DNA of 64,000 nt from an uncultured Clostridium sp. Lineage in GTDB: Bacteria; Bacillota; Clostridia; TANB77; CAG-508. Each line of letters begins with the position of its first letter. Position 1 is the stretch's first letter. Position numbers and translations under genes: made by a program. The stretch covers positions 1,108 through 65,107 of the forward strand of contig CANAQC010000004.1 in assembly GCA_947363765.1 (NCBI GenBank), in the 5' to 3' direction. Below, in pieces: positions 22,786 through 34,496 of this stretch. The notes under the pieces are model-generated. The model saw only the letters and a list, made by a program, of their open reading frames with translations. It was not told where the DNA came from and did not search any database.

Positions 22786-24190
22786 TTAAGATATCTTCCT
22801 TATTTTTATTAACAAACTAGTATTTAATACAATAATAATCATCATTGAAGAAGAATTAAAAAATGTATATCCAGATAAAAATCCAAATGTGAAACTCATA
22901 AAACATCCTACTAATATCATTAAATATTCTACATCCATTTGTTTTTTATTTTTTAGTCCTATATAACATCCATAAATAAATATAATTAAGAATGGTACAA
23001 AGTATAAAATAAAACCTAATATACCAAAATTAAATAAAAATGCTGGTATTTCCATTTCTAATACAAGCTCTCTAAATTTTGATACATATCCATTCCCAAA
23101 AATCATTAGCCCTATATTTTTTTGATTTTTAACTAAACTCCAATTATAAATAAGCTGTTGCATACGTTGATCATTATTTTTAATATCATACTTATTTGCA
23201 ATTTTATATAAATCTAAAATTGATTGTTTTTCTGCTTCTGACATATATTTTTCATCAATAGTTTTTTCATCAATTTGGTCTTTTATTTTAGATATATCTC
23301 CTGTTAAATGTGCCTCTTTTTTTGTTTTTGTATCTATAATATTACTTTCAAGTGCTTTTAAGTGTTTTCTTCTTTGTAATGTAGTAGAACCCCATATAGT
23401 TACGCCTACTACCACTATAACTATAGCACAAATACTTGATATTACTACTTTTTTATTTAATTGTACTTTATGTAATATTGCATTTAAAATTTCACAAGTA
23501 GCATAAGCAAAAAGAACCAAAATAAAACCAAATAATCCGAACTCTTGTCCCAATTAATGTAGTTAAATAAATACCTATTAAAATTGTTAAAGCTACTATC
23601 CAATAACGATATTTTTTATTTTTCACCATATTTATTGTCAAAAATAATGATAATATTAAAATCGAACTTATACTATTTCCTGATTCAAACCATCCTTTAT
23701 ATCCCATACCCTCAATATATGTAGAAGAAGACGTGTTTGTAAAAATAGAAATATATATTGATATAATATATATAGACATAGCAACTAATACACTTACTTT
23801 TAATTTTGTTATTTCCTTATTTTTAAAGATATAAACATATATAAACAAATTTAAAATCATATATGAATAGTTTATTAAATATTGTAACTCATGTAATAAT
23901 CCTCCAAATGCATTATTGGTTAAATTAATTTTAAATAAGTATAAATGAATAAGTACATAAATTGCATATATAACACCCACTATTAATGTTTTGACTTTTA
24001 TCTTTTCTTTAAAAAACAAGTAACAAATTATAATAATTGGTATTATTGGTCTTATAAATGTTGAAGGAGAGAATTTAGTTTCATATATGTTTCTAAAAAT
24101 GAAACTTAACATATCTAAAATTGGACATAATACTATAAATACACATAGTACATTTTCTAATGTCATTCTTTGTTTTATTTGTTCTTTCAT
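22786..24190 (-). CDS. O-antigen ligase / polymerase (Wzy)-like membrane protein; frame break at an in-frame CGG
   Basis: Track ORFs 23492..24190 and 22786..23553 are joined by skipping the C of CGG (rc of 23537-23539): ..TLIGTRV-G-LFGFILVLFAYA... Polytopic. Confidence 0.65.
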
Positions 24191-24209
24191 ATAAACTCCT
24201 TATATTCTT

Positions 24210-25164
24210 TTAAAAAATCTGGAATAATCGTGCATAAATTCTATAAGAAATTCTATTAACACTTAGGCAATATCTTTTCTTTAAATTTAAATTTGTATTT
24301 AGTATTGTATTTTGTTTCCAATTTGGAAATGTTTCATTTAAAAATAACCATGTTTTATTTAATAATTCTTTTCTTATCTCTTTATTTTTTACTTTTGCAA
24401 TTCTTTTAAAAGAACTACAAAGTAATAATCTTGTACAAGTAAATTCTAATACTTCTTTATATTTATCATATAATTTTTGATTTTTATAATAGTTTAAAAC
24501 ATTTTCTAATATTATAAATATATCACCTGTTTTTTCATTTTGTAAATTTGCAATTGATGTTTTTCTTTGCACATAATATATAAGATTTTCTTTTACAAAA
24601 GAAACTACATTAATATATGGAATTAACTTATAAAAAAACTCTACATCTTCATATTGTAATCCTTTTGGAAATTCTACTTGCGATTTTTGTATCATTTCCC
24701 TTTTATATAATTTATTCCATGCAACAACTCTTGCCTTTTCTAACATCTCTTTTTTTCCAGAATAGATTTCTCCTATATCTTTCTTTTTTCTTCCTCCATA
24801 AACCCAATAAAAATCACATTCTACTATATCACTATCTTCTTTTTGAGCTTTTTTATACATTCTTCTATAACAATTAGTTTTAGCATAATCATCTGAGTCA
24901 AGAAATGCAATATACTTTCCTGTTGCAAGAGGTATACCATAATTTCTTGCATCAGATAATCCTCCATTTTCTTTATAATAATAATGCATATTAGGATATT
25001 TTCCGAGTATATTCTTTAATTATATTTGCAGAAGAATCTGTTGAACCATCATCTACTATAATAACTTCTATTTCTTCTAATGTTTGATTTGCTAATGAGT
25101 CTAAACATCTTCTTATATATTTTTCTACATTATATACTGGTACAATAACACTTACCTTTACCAT
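24210..25164 (-). CDS. GT2 glycosyltransferase; frame break at an in-frame CGG
   Basis: N-terminus MVKVSVIVPVYNVEKYIRRCLDSL..VDDGSTD. Joined to track ORF 24210..24989 by skipping the C of CGG (rc of 25003-25005): ..KEYT-G-KYPNMHYYYKENGGLSDARN. Confidence 0.85.
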
Positions 25165-25179
25165 TTTCTTCTCTCTTCC

Positions 25180-26118
25180 TTACTTTATTTTTAAATACCA
25201 ATTAATATTGATTGTTAATATAATTCTTTTTAACATTTGCTTTAAATTTCTTACCTTTATATTTCTTAACATTTTTCTTTTTCTTATTTGTTTTATATAT
25301 TGTTTTCTATCTTCTTTTCTAATAGTTTCTAGTTTTAATATAATTGAATTTGTATAATAAATTTTTATATTCTGTTTCGTTTTTTTACTAATGTTTAATT
25401 TACTAATAGATTGTAACATATTATCATAATGTAATAAAGCATCTTCAAATTTTTTTATTGTTTTTTCATTGTTACTATTTCTTGTAATGCTATTATTAGT
25501 TTGTATATAATAGTAGCCTTTAATATTAGTAGATACTACACTTTTAGCTTGTAATATAACAAGTGGTACAAGCCCAAAGTCCTCATGATATGTTCCTACT
25601 TTAAATTTAAAATTGTTTTTTAATAAAAACTCTCTTTTAAATAAGTAAATACAAGCTGAATCAAACATAACATCTTCAAATGCTAGTAAATTAAACGCTG
25701 TTTCTCCATCTGTTTTTGAAAATATTGGTCCATCTACTGTGTAACTTGAATTATCATATTTAACATTTAGTTTAAATTTAATAACATCAATATTATCTTT
25801 CATATATTTATTTAAGTTTTTAAGTAAATCTTTTTCTATATAGTCATCTGAATCTACAAACATAATATACTCGCCTTTTGCTTTATCAATTCCAATGTTT
25901 CTAGTATCTGCAAGTCCTGTATTTTCTTTTTTAGAATAATACTTTATATTTGGATATTGGTTTTTATATTCTAATATGATTTCTTCTGAATTATCTGTTG
26001 ATGCATCATTAATTATCATAACTTCTACTTCTCTATCTATTTGATTAACAATAGATTTAATACATGTATCTATTTGATTTTTTGTATTATAAACTGGAAC
26101 AATGATACTTAGTTTCAT
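25180..26118 (-). CDS. GT2 glycosyltransferase
   Basis: MKLSIIVPVYN..INDASTDNS..DSDD motifs. The ORF is intact. Confidence 0.85.
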   Translation of the reverse strand: MKLSIIVPVYNTKNQIDTCIKSIVNQIDREVEVMIINDASTDNSEEIILEYKNQYPNIKYYSKKENTGLADTRNIGIDKAKGEYIMFVDSDDYIEKDLLKNLNKYMKDNIDVIKFKLNVKYDNSSYTVDGPIFSKTDGETAFNLLAFEDVMFDSACIYLFKREFLLKNNFKFKVGTYHEDFGLVPLVILQAKSVVSTNIKGYYYIQTNNSITRNSNNEKTIKKFEDALLHYDNMLQSISKLNISKKTKQNIKIYYTNSIILKLETIRKEDRKQYIKQIRKRKMLRNIKVRNLKQMLKRIILTININWYLKIK

Positions 26119-26130
26119 TTTATTTATCTC

Positions 26131-27214
26131 CTAATACTCAATTAGATTTTCAATTTTCTGTAATACATTTTTGTTATATTCTTCTGGTAAAAACTCTTCT
26201 TTTATTTTATAATCTTGTTTTATCATTTTTTTCATGGCTTCATAAATATCGTTTTCATCTTTTTTAGTAACAATTCCAAAATGGTTTTGTATATCTAATA
26301 AAGCATCTGATATATCTGTTGTAATTATTGGTTTGTTTAAAACAAAAGACTCTAAAAATACAACAGGATATCCTTCATAATCAGAACTTAAAATAACTGT
26401 ATCTGCTAATTTCATATAAGGATATGGATTTTTTTTCATACCCAAAAATTCAATAGTATCTTGCAATTTGTATTCTTCTACTAATTGTTTATATATTTTA
26501 GAGTCTTGTCCATCTCCAATAAACCATACTTTAAAATTATATCCATCTTTTTTTAATTGTTGAGTTGCATGTATAATTCTAGTTAACCTTTTTTGCTTTT
26601 CATCATGTCTTCCTACATTTATAAAAACATATCCATCTTTTTTTATATTAATAGTTTCTTGAGATAAATTTTGAATTCTTTTATAATCTACTAAGTTGTT
26701 GCAAAATAAAACTCTATCTTCCATTTCTGGAAAAATCTTAACAAAAGATTCTACTCCTGCCTTTGAAACAAACACAATATGTGTAAATTTTTCATAATGT
26801 AATGCTTCGAAAAACTCTTCTACTTTTTTATCATCTCCATTAAATAATGCTAAGTAATCTGCATGTCCCCATAATGCACAATTTCCGAGATGCTGTTCTT
26901 GCTATAAATGATGCAGATAAACTATAGGTTGAATATGCTACTGAGAAATCATATTTATTTTTATGTTTCATACTAAATAAAATACGTTTTCCTAAATTAA
27001 TCATTTTTCTAATGAGTACTATTTTATTTTTGCTAGGTGTGTATTCAATTATCTTAATTTTATTATCTAAATCACGTAAAAATGGACCTTGTTTTTTTTC
27101 TAGTACTAATGTAATATCATATGGTTTTTCTATTAAATTGTTTAATAATGTTACAAGTGATGTTTCTATTCCCCCAACATTCATATCAAAAGCTGAAAAC
27201 AATATCTTTTTCAT
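26131..27214 (-). CDS. GT4 (group 1) glycosyltransferase; frame break at an in-frame CGG
   Basis: Track ORFs 26840..27214 and 26131..26775 are joined by skipping the C of CGG (rc of 26885-26887): ..FIARTAS-G-NCALWGHADYLALFNGDDKKVEEFF... Confidence 0.8.
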
Positions 27215-27323
27215 ATAAAAAGTCTCCTATTTTACTATTTCTTGCTAATTATATCATACTTTATCTGTTTATTAAAACAAATTTAGAAAAAAAAGAGATG
27301 TTTTTTCATCTCTTTCTATGTTT

Positions 27324-27524
27324 TTATTCAATTCCATATTTTTTCTTAAATTTATCTGCTCTACCACCTGTTGTATTTAGTTTTAAGTTACCTGTCCAAA
27401 ATGGATGACAATTTGAACAAACATCTACTTTTATATCTTTTTTTGTTGATTTTGTTGTAAATACATTTCCACATGCACATGTAATTGTGGCATCTGTATA
27501 TTCTGGATGTAATGCTTCTTTCAT
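27324..27524 (-). CDS. rpmE: 50S ribosomal protein L31
   Basis: 66 aa: MKEALHPEY..C.CGN..CSNCHPFWTG..GGRADKFKKKY. Confidence 0.92.
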   Translation of the reverse strand: MKEALHPEYTDATITCACGNVFTTKSTKKDIKVDVCSNCHPFWTGNLKLNTTGGRADKFKKKYGIE

Positions 27525-27617
27525 TTTGTATATTCACCTCTTTCTTATAGTAATAAATTTACTAACTAATATATTAACATACTTTTAAATTCATTTCAAG
27601 TTCAAGTTAGAAAATTT

Positions 27618-27773
27618 TTACTTTTTTTGTTGTTTGTTATCATTTACATATTGTGCAGATGAGCTTAATTCCTTTATAAATGGGGTTTTTCTTACAAATT
27701 TATATGTAATATTAAATACACAAGCAAAAATTAAAGCAAAAAATAAAATTTTTTTCCATATTTTAGCAGCCAT
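27618..27773 (-). CDS. 51-aa small membrane protein (MAAKIWKKILFFALIFACVF...)
   Basis: GGAGGG RBS and one TM helix. Not in the ORF track. Confidence 0.35.
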   Translation of the reverse strand: MAAKIWKKILFFALIFACVFNITYKFVRKTPFIKELSSSAQYVNDNKQQKK

Positions 27774-27930
27774 TTTTCTTCCCTCCATTTTTTCTAACTC
27801 TATTTATAATTATACTATATTTTCACGTTTTGTCAATAATATTCATTTTTTTGGTTATAATAATGTTAAATAAAAAATTAGATTATAAATGATTTTAATA
27901 TTAACAATAATTTTAGGAGGATTAAATAAA

Positions 27931-28608
27931 ATGAAAAAATTATACATCTTATTTTTAGCCATATTTTTATTATTTTTTTTAATGGGATGCTCTAATAAAG
28001 AGGAAAATAACACTTTGCAAAATACGGCTAATACTTCTTTTTCTAAGATTAGTACTACAATAGAAAATAACAGTATTGAAAATACTGAAAATAATATATC
28101 TCAAAATGAAATTAGAATTGGAGCTCATGATACTAGTTCTACTGAAACTAAAGAAGAAGAATTAGCTTCATTTTCAACTAAATTAGGCGGTAAAGATAGC
28201 CCTAGAACTAATAATATTTCTATTACTACACGGATTATTAAATGATACTATTGTTAAAAAACGGAGAAACTTTTTCTTTTTGCGGTACTATAGGTGAACC
28301 TACTGCTGATAAAGGATATAAAGAAGCGGATTCTTTTGATACAAATCGGAAAAACAGTTCAAACTCTTGGTGGTGGCAATTGCCAAGTTAGTAGCACTCT
28401 TTATAATGTTGTTCTACAAATTCCAGATTTAAAAGTTACTGAAAGACATGCACATATTAAACCTGTTCATTATGTAGAAAAGGATAAAGATGCAACAGTT
28501 GCATATGGTAGTGTAGATTTTAAGTTTAAAAATAATACTGAAAATGATATTAAAATCTATGCTAATTCTGATTTAAGTAGCGTAAATGTAAGAATCGTAA
28601 AAATATAA
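27931..28608 (+). CDS. VanW-domain lipoprotein; three frame breaks at in-frame CGG codons within 117 nt
   Basis: Lipobox signal MKKLYILFLAIFLLFFLMGC with a GGAGG RBS. Skipping the C at 28231, 28262 and 28347 gives ..ITT-G-LLNDTIVKK-G-ETFSFCGTIGEPTADKGYKEADSFDTN-G-KTVQTLGGGNCQVSSTLYN.., the canonical VanW core. Confidence 0.85.
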
Positions 28609-28678
28609 GAAAATTAAGTGTCCTTTTGTATATTAATTTTTATTTCTATTTTATCTCCTATATAACAATTATAATAAT

Positions 28679-28700
28679 GACAGACCGTAAATTGTCTGTC
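28679..28700. terminator. hairpin between the convergent vanW-like and greA genes
   Basis: Stem GACAGAC / GTCTGTC. Confidence 0.5.
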
Positions 28701-28712
28701 ATTATTACACTT

Positions 28713-29189
28713 TTATTTTTTAATTGACATAATTTTATATTTTACAATTCCTGCTGGAACTTTCACTTCTATTTCTTCTCCCTTTTTTGCACCAATTAAC
28801 GCAGCTCCAATTGGAGATTCATTTGAAATTTTATTTTGTGTTAAATCTACTTCTGTTGAACCAACAATTGTATATTCTTCTTCTTCATTAAATTCTAAAT
28901 CTTTTATTTTAACAGTATTTCCAACTTGTACAGTTTTTGTATCTATTTCAGATTCATCTATTATCTTTGCATATCTTAATTTTGTTTCAAGATTTGCTAT
29001 TTTTATTTCATTTTCTGCTTGTGCATTTTTAGCTTCATCATATTCTGAATTTTCAGATAAATCTCCAAATCCTAATGCTATTTTTATTCTTTCTGCAATT
29101 TCTGCTCTTTTTTCTGTTCTTAAATATTCTAGTTCTTTTTCTAAATTATTGTATCCTTCTTGTGTTAATAATACCTCTTTTTCTTCCAT
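28713..29189 (-). CDS. greA: transcription elongation factor GreA
   Basis: 158 aa. Coiled-coil N-terminus (..[12 protein letters not shown]..) and a GreA C-terminal domain. Confidence 0.9.
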   Translation of the reverse strand: MEEKEVLLTQEGYNNLEKELEYLRTEKRAEIAERIKIALGFGDLSENSEYDEAKNAQAENEIKIANLETKLRYAKIIDESEIDTKTVQVGNTVKIKDLEFNEEEEYTIVGSTEVDLTQNKISNESPIGAALIGAKKGEEIEVKVPAGIVKYKIMSIKK

Positions 29190-29279
29190 TATAACTTGTC
29201 TCCTCTCTTTATTGAAACAATATTTTTTTACATTGACACTATATTAAGATAATTCTAATTTTTTGTCAAGTCTTTTTTA

Positions 29280-29987
29280 TTATTTTTGATATTCTTTTAT
29301 ATTAATTACTCCATTTTTCCCTTTCAAACCAGTAATTCTTACATAATCATCCTCAATCATCTTTGCAATTTCTATTCTATTTCTTCCTATTATCTTACTT
29401 TCATAAACTGATTGAATTGGAAAAAATAATTTATTTTGTATAACTTCATTATATTTTATTTCGTAATCTAATATATTAACACCACAAAATCCTTTTGCAG
29501 ATATTTCTGTCTTTTCTAATATATTTATTATAATTGCTTCACGATTTATTGTAAATTCATTTATCATTTCCTCACAATAATCTAAATTTAAAATTATTTT
29601 TGATTTTGAAAGACTTTTTCTTTTATTATTACTAATCATAATAGCAATTCCCATTTGTTCTTCTAGGTATTTTTCTATTCTTTCTAATAAATGAATTTGA
29701 TTAGTAACAATTCGAAGTGATTTAATACTTTCTGCTATATTTAAAATTAGCTCTTCTTTCTTCTTATCTAATTTACTAATTAATATTGTTACTTCTTGCT
29801 CTTTTAATTCTTCTTTTTTCATTTTTGATATATATTCTAAGATATCTAGACTTAAATAGTAAAATAAAGTTTTTCCTTCTAATATTTGTATTTTTCTTTT
29901 TTGTAATTCTTCTTTTATAGGATTTAAATTTAAATAATTTGATAATACAACATTACAATTCAGCTTTACTACTAATTTTACAATCAT
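29280..29987 (-). CDS. hypothetical protein
   Basis: 235-aa ORF. The frame stays open upstream to about 30176 without a canonical start, so an N-terminal extension or unusual start is possible. Confidence 0.5.
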   Translation of the reverse strand: MIVKLVVKLNCNVVLSNYLNLNPIKEELQKRKIQILEGKTLFYYLSLDILEYISKMKKEELKEQEVTILISKLDKKKEELILNIAESIKSLRIVTNQIHLLERIEKYLEEQMGIAIMISNNKRKSLSKSKIILNLDYCEEMINEFTINREAIIINILEKTEISAKGFCGVNILDYEIKYNEVIQNKLFFPIQSVYESKIIGRNRIEIAKMIEDDYVRITGLKGKNGVINIKEYQK

Positions 29988-30246
29988 ATTTATTTTATAT
30001 TTTTTTTCTATTTGCTTATATGGTATAATACATATTCCATTTTTAAATAGTGTTAATATACAAAATAAACTCTTTAATCTCCAAATTATATACTTTAACC
30101 ATTTAGGTAGCTTTGATGTCTCTCTAAAAATTTCATTTATATCTCCTAATTCTTTTAAATAGATAGTTTTAATATTTTTTCACCTCTATTTATTATTATA
30201 TGGGACAAAATAAAACTTATGACAAAAGAAGCACAAAAAATCAATT

Positions 30247-30738
30247 TTATGTACTTCTTATATAATCAAAATACTCATAATCATATGGATTTTTTTCATT
30301 TTTTAATCCTTTTTCTCTTTTTTCAATTTTCCAATTGCTTTGTACAATTAAAGGAAAATATGTGTCTCCATCAAAATTTTCATATATTCTTGTAATATAT
30401 AATTTACTACATTTATCTAATAGCATCATATATATTTGTTGTCCACCAATTACAAAGCATTCCTCTGCAGAATTAATGTAAGTATCTAATTCTTTAATAT
30501 CATATATTACTTTTACTCTTTCGTCTTCTATTGTATATTCCTTGTTTTTAGTTAAAACTATATGATTTCTATCTGGTAACACTCTTCCTAAAGACTCAAA
30601 TGTTTTTCTTCCCATAATTATAGTTTTGCCTGTAGTTAAATTTTTAAATCGTTTTAAATCTTCTGGTAAATGCCAAATCAATTTGTTGTCTTTTCCAATA
30701 ACATTATTATTAGCAATTGCTACTATTATACTTAACAT
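30247..30738 (-). CDS. folA: dihydrofolate reductase
   Basis: MLSIIVAIANNNVIGKDNKLIWHLPEDLKRFK..T.GKTIIMGRKTFES. Confidence 0.9.
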   Translation of the reverse strand: MLSIIVAIANNNVIGKDNKLIWHLPEDLKRFKNLTTGKTIIMGRKTFESLGRVLPDRNHIVLTKNKEYTIEDERVKVIYDIKELDTYINSAEECFVIGGQQIYMMLLDKCSKLYITRIYENFDGDTYFPLIVQSNWKIEKREKGLKNEKNPYDYEYFDYIRST

Positions 30739-30758
30739 CTATTTTCTCCTATTTATTT

Positions 30759-31616
30759 TTATTCTGCAACTGGTATCTTTCCAAGTTTTACTTCTTTGTT
30801 ATAATCATAATCTATAATTTCAAAATCTTCTACTTTAAATTCATAAAAATTTTTTGTTTTGTTATTAATAATTAGTTTTGGATTTACATCCATTGGTTTT
30901 GCTTCTAATAATTTTTCTACTAATGGTATATGTCTATCATATATATGACAATCTCCTATATTATGAGTTAAAGTTCCTACTTCAAAATTACATATTTGTG
31001 CAAACATATATTGCAATGCAGCATATTGCATAATGTTCCAACCATTAGCTGCAAGCATATCTTGCGAACGTTGATTTAATATTAAATGTAGTCTATTTTC
31101 TTTAACAATCCACTGTGTCCCAAATGCACAAGGTTCTAAATTCATATCTTTTAAATCTTCATGATTAAATAAATTTGTCATGATTCTTCGACTTGATGAA
31201 TCATTTTTTAATAAGTACAATACATAGTCTACTTGATCCATTTCTTTTATCCCATCATTTGTTTTAAATTTATATTTTTTAGCAAATTGATACCCATATG
31301 CCTTCCCAATAGTACCATCTTCACCTTTCCATTGATCCCAAATATGAGAATTTAAATCACTAACTTTATTTGACTTTTTCTGCCAAATCCATAATATTTC
31401 ATCAATTGCTTTTTTTACTGTTTGACTATTGTTACGAAGTGTAATCATTGGAAATTCTTTTGCAATATCATATTTATTTTGAACACCCACAATTGAATAA
31501 TAATTAGCTTCTGTCCCATCTTCCCATCTTGTTCTTACATTTGTACCCTTTGATGAATAACCATGTTCTATAATTTCTTTACATGTTTGTATAAATAGTT
31601 TATCTGCTTGTGTCAT
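30759..31616 (-). CDS. thyA: thymidylate synthase (ThyA type)
   Basis: 285 aa. Contains ..NLEPCAFGTQW.. (catalytic Cys) and ..NQRSQDMLAANGWN... Adjacent to folA. Confidence 0.85.
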   Translation of the reverse strand: MTQADKLFIQTCKEIIEHGYSSKGTNVRTRWEDGTEANYYSIVGVQNKYDIAKEFPMITLRNNSQTVKKAIDEILWIWQKKSNKVSDLNSHIWDQWKGEDGTIGKAYGYQFAKKYKFKTNDGIKEMDQVDYVLYLLKNDSSSRRIMTNLFNHEDLKDMNLEPCAFGTQWIVKENRLHLILNQRSQDMLAANGWNIMQYAALQYMFAQICNFEVGTLTHNIGDCHIYDRHIPLVEKLLEAKPMDVNPKLIINNKTKNFYEFKVEDFEIIDYDYNKEVKLGKIPVAE

Positions 31617-31722
31617 ATTTTCCTCCTATTTTTTAAGTAATATTTTTTAAATTATATCATATTTAACCTTTTTTTCAACAAAAAAGAAGAAATATTTTCT
31701 ATTTCTTCTTAAATTATATTTT

Positions 31723-32667
31723 TTATTCACCTTTACCTTCTGGAAGTGTTGGTATATCTATTACAACCTTCATTTTGAATATGCAACTAATTGCTCTAAC
31801 TAATTTCATGTTTTTAATTTTTTGCCATAAAGTAGGTTTTACATCTACTCTTGTCTCTTCCATATAATTTGCTTGCTCTTTTTCTTGTTGTGTTTGTATT
31901 GCTGCTACTACTGCTTCTTCTGGCACTTCCATTGTTTTTACTGTTTCTACTGCTTTTGGCTCTATTACTATTTTTTCAGTTTCTTGAATTGTTTGTACTG
32001 TTTGTTGCTCTACACCTTCTGTTTCTGCATTTTCTACTGGTGCAGGAATTACTTTTAGTGCATCTGCTACTTCAATTCCTATAAAACTTAGCGCTTTTGA
32101 CCTATCTTCTATTCTCTCCATATCTATTTCAATATGTAAATTTGACTCTAAGTTACTAATTCTTGCATGTATTAATTTAATAGCATCATCATAATTTTGT
32201 GTAGATTGATTTTTAGCCCTACCAATAATTAGTAATGTATCAATAATATCTTCACCAAATTTTCCTTCCGCAGCCTTTACTTGACCTTTCCATTCTTTAT
32301 TATCTTTATCTTTATTTTCAACTAATTCTAGTAATTCTTTCAATTCACCAGAAAGTATAATATTTTTTTCTCTTTGACGAATTAATTCCTCAATTTGTTT
32401 AGTATTTTCTTCAAATTGATTTGTAGCGTATTCTACTAATCCGTAAGCTGCTTTATATACATCTTTTGGAAAATTCTTCTTTTTTGGATATTCAATTAAG
32501 TAAGTTTTTATTGATTCAATTAAATCTTTAAAATAAGAATCTTCATCTAATTGAACAATTTGTTTCTTACTATTTGGATTAATCAATTTTTGCACCTTAT
32601 CAATGTTTGATAAGATTTTTTCTTGCGTAATTACCATTCTTACGTTTACTATGCCGGTCTTTGACAT
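31723..32667 (-). CDS. hypothetical protein with a Glu/Gln/Val-rich low-complexity C-terminal half
   Basis: 314-aa ORF. No family recognised. Confidence 0.5.
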   Translation of the reverse strand: MSKTGIVNVRMVITQEKILSNIDKVQKLINPNSKKQIVQLDEDSYFKDLIESIKTYLIEYPKKKNFPKDVYKAAYGLVEYATNQFEENTKQIEELIRQREKNIILSGELKELLELVENKDKDNKEWKGQVKAAEGKFGEDIIDTLLIIGRAKNQSTQNYDDAIKLIHARISNLESNLHIEIDMERIEDRSKALSFIGIEVADALKVIPAPVENAETEGVEQQTVQTIQETEKIVIEPKAVETVKTMEVPEEAVVAAIQTQQEKEQANYMEETRVDVKPTLWQKIKNMKLVRAISCIFKMKVVIDIPTLPEGKGE

Positions 32668-32856
32668 TGTAAACCTCCCCTCCTTTGTCCTACGTATATT
32701 TCATCATTTAAAATTATACAACTTATTATAAAAAACTACAATAGGATTTAATAAAAAATATATTTCGATTTCATTTCAAATCAATTTTATTACAACTTCT
32801 ATATAAAAGTCAACACTATTATATAATTTTTTTTATTTTTTATTTATTATTTAAAT

Positions 32857-33427
32857 TTAATTTTTTCTTAATCCTCTTAAAATAGAATTATCAAATTCTT
32901 TATATAATTTTTGAATATCTATTTCTTCTTTTATTTTTAATTTGTAAATTAAGCTTGAACAAGTTAATCCAAAAATTCCGTGATGCAATTATTTGCGCAT
33001 CACCATCTATTATCTCACCTTTTTGAATTCCTTCTTCAATTAATATTTCTATTGTTTTTATATATTCTATTACTTTATCTTTACACATAACATTTCTTGG
33101 TTCGTGTCCCCAAATTTGACTAAGTACAATGGTCATAAAATCCTCATACTTTGAAATAATTTTTATTTGAATTAATATTATTGCTCTTAATTTATCTATT
33201 ATATTATCTAATTTTGAAATTTTAATATCAATACTATTTTTTAATAATTTCATTCCTTCTTCTACTAAAAAATTAAAAATTTCTTCTTTACTAGAAAAAT
33301 GATAATATAAAGTTCCTTTTGCAACTCCTACTGTAGCTGTTATTTCCTCAATGCTTGTTGCATCATAACCTTTTTTAGCAAATAATTTCATAGAAGTTTC
33401 AAATATTTTTCTTTTTGTTTTATTCAT
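32857..33427 (-). CDS. TetR/AcrR-family transcriptional regulator; frame break at an in-frame CGG
   Basis: HTH region KIFETSMKLFAKKGYDATSIEEITATVGVAKGTLYYHF. Skipping the C of CGG (rc of 32978-32980) replaces an implausible tail with ..QIIAS-G-IFGLTCSSLIYKLKIKEEIDIQKLYKEFDNSILRGLRKN*. Confidence 0.8.
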
Positions 33428-33447
33428 TAATTCACCTATATTCTTTT

Positions 33448-34024
33448 TTAATTTTCTAACCACTTTTTATATGCTTGTATTACTTGGTTTCCTACTTCTT
33501 GTGGTGTTATTTTAGTAGTATCTACTACTAAATCATAATTTGACATATCATCACGATTTACACCATATTCTTCTATCCAACGTTTTGTTTCTTCTTTATG
33601 TCTATATAAAATCTTTTCTTTTGCTTCTTCTATAGTAGAATAACTTTCTGTATTTTTTCTAGCATTATCTTCCAAAGCTCTTTTTACTGCAACATCAATA
33701 TCCACTTTTAGATACACTTTAAAAGAATATGGAACTGCATACCATCCGAAGTTTTGCATCTATAATTAAATTATCATGTTTGCTTGCATAATTTTCTGCA
33801 CTTTTCTCAATTTCTTTATCAACATCTGGATGTTCATTTAAATAAACTTGAAATTCGATAATTGACATTCCTTTTTCTTTTGCAAGTTTTCTTACATATT
33901 GGCCATTTCTATAAATTTCATATTTTAATTTTTCTTGCAAATAATTTGATAAGGTTCCTTGTCCACTAGCATGATCTCCTGTAATTGTGATAATATGTTT
34001 TTTTTCTATTCTTCTTTCTTGCAT
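33448..34024 (-). CDS. archaeal-type cytidylate kinase-like / AAA-family kinase; frame break at an in-frame CGG
   Basis: Track ORFs 33719..34024 and 33448..33759 are joined by skipping the C of CGG (rc of 33746-33748): ..IIDAKL-G-WYAVPYSFKVYLKVDIDVAVKRA... Confidence 0.65.
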
Positions 34025-34206
34025 ATTGTCACCTTTCCTTCTGAAATTTCATCTGCAGCAAGAGTTACTACTGATTCTTCTTCCTTATCAGAAAGTGGTT
34101 TATCACCATTTGCTAATTGTCTTGCTCTTTTTGCTGTCATAACTACTAGTTCAAATTGATTATTTACCTTTTTTAATAATTCTGTTACACTTGGTTGTAC
34201 CATCAT
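34006..34206 (-). CDS. rpoZ: DNA-directed RNA polymerase subunit omega
   Basis: 66 aa: ..NQFELVVMTAKRARQL... Confidence 0.85.
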   Translation of the reverse strand: MMVQPSVTELLKKVNNQFELVVMTAKRARQLANGDKPLSDKEEESVVTLAADEISEGKVTICKKEE

Positions 34207-34226
34207 AATTATTACCCCCTTTTTAT

Positions 34227-34484
34227 TTATTCTTCTATTTCCTCTTTGTCATCTTTTTCTAGTCTACCTGCTACTGTTTCTGGTTGAACAGCAGATAGTA
34301 TAATATGTCCAGAATCCATAATTACTACTGCCCTTGTACGTCTACCATAAGTAGCATCTACTGCAATTTTATTATCCTTTGCTTCTTGTACCATTCTTTT
34401 AATTGGTGCTGATTCAGGACTTACAATTGCAATAATACGATTTGCTGATACAATGTTTCCAAATCCTATATTAATTAATTGCAT
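34227..34484 (-). CDS. remA: RemA/YlzA (DUF370) regulator
   Basis: [64 protein letters not shown]. Confidence 0.9.
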   Translation of the reverse strand: MQLINIGFGNIVSANRIIAIVSPESAPIKRMVQEAKDNKIAVDATYGRRTRAVVIMDSGHIILSAVQPETVAGRLEKDDKEEIEE

Positions 34485-34496
34485 GTTTTTTCTCCT

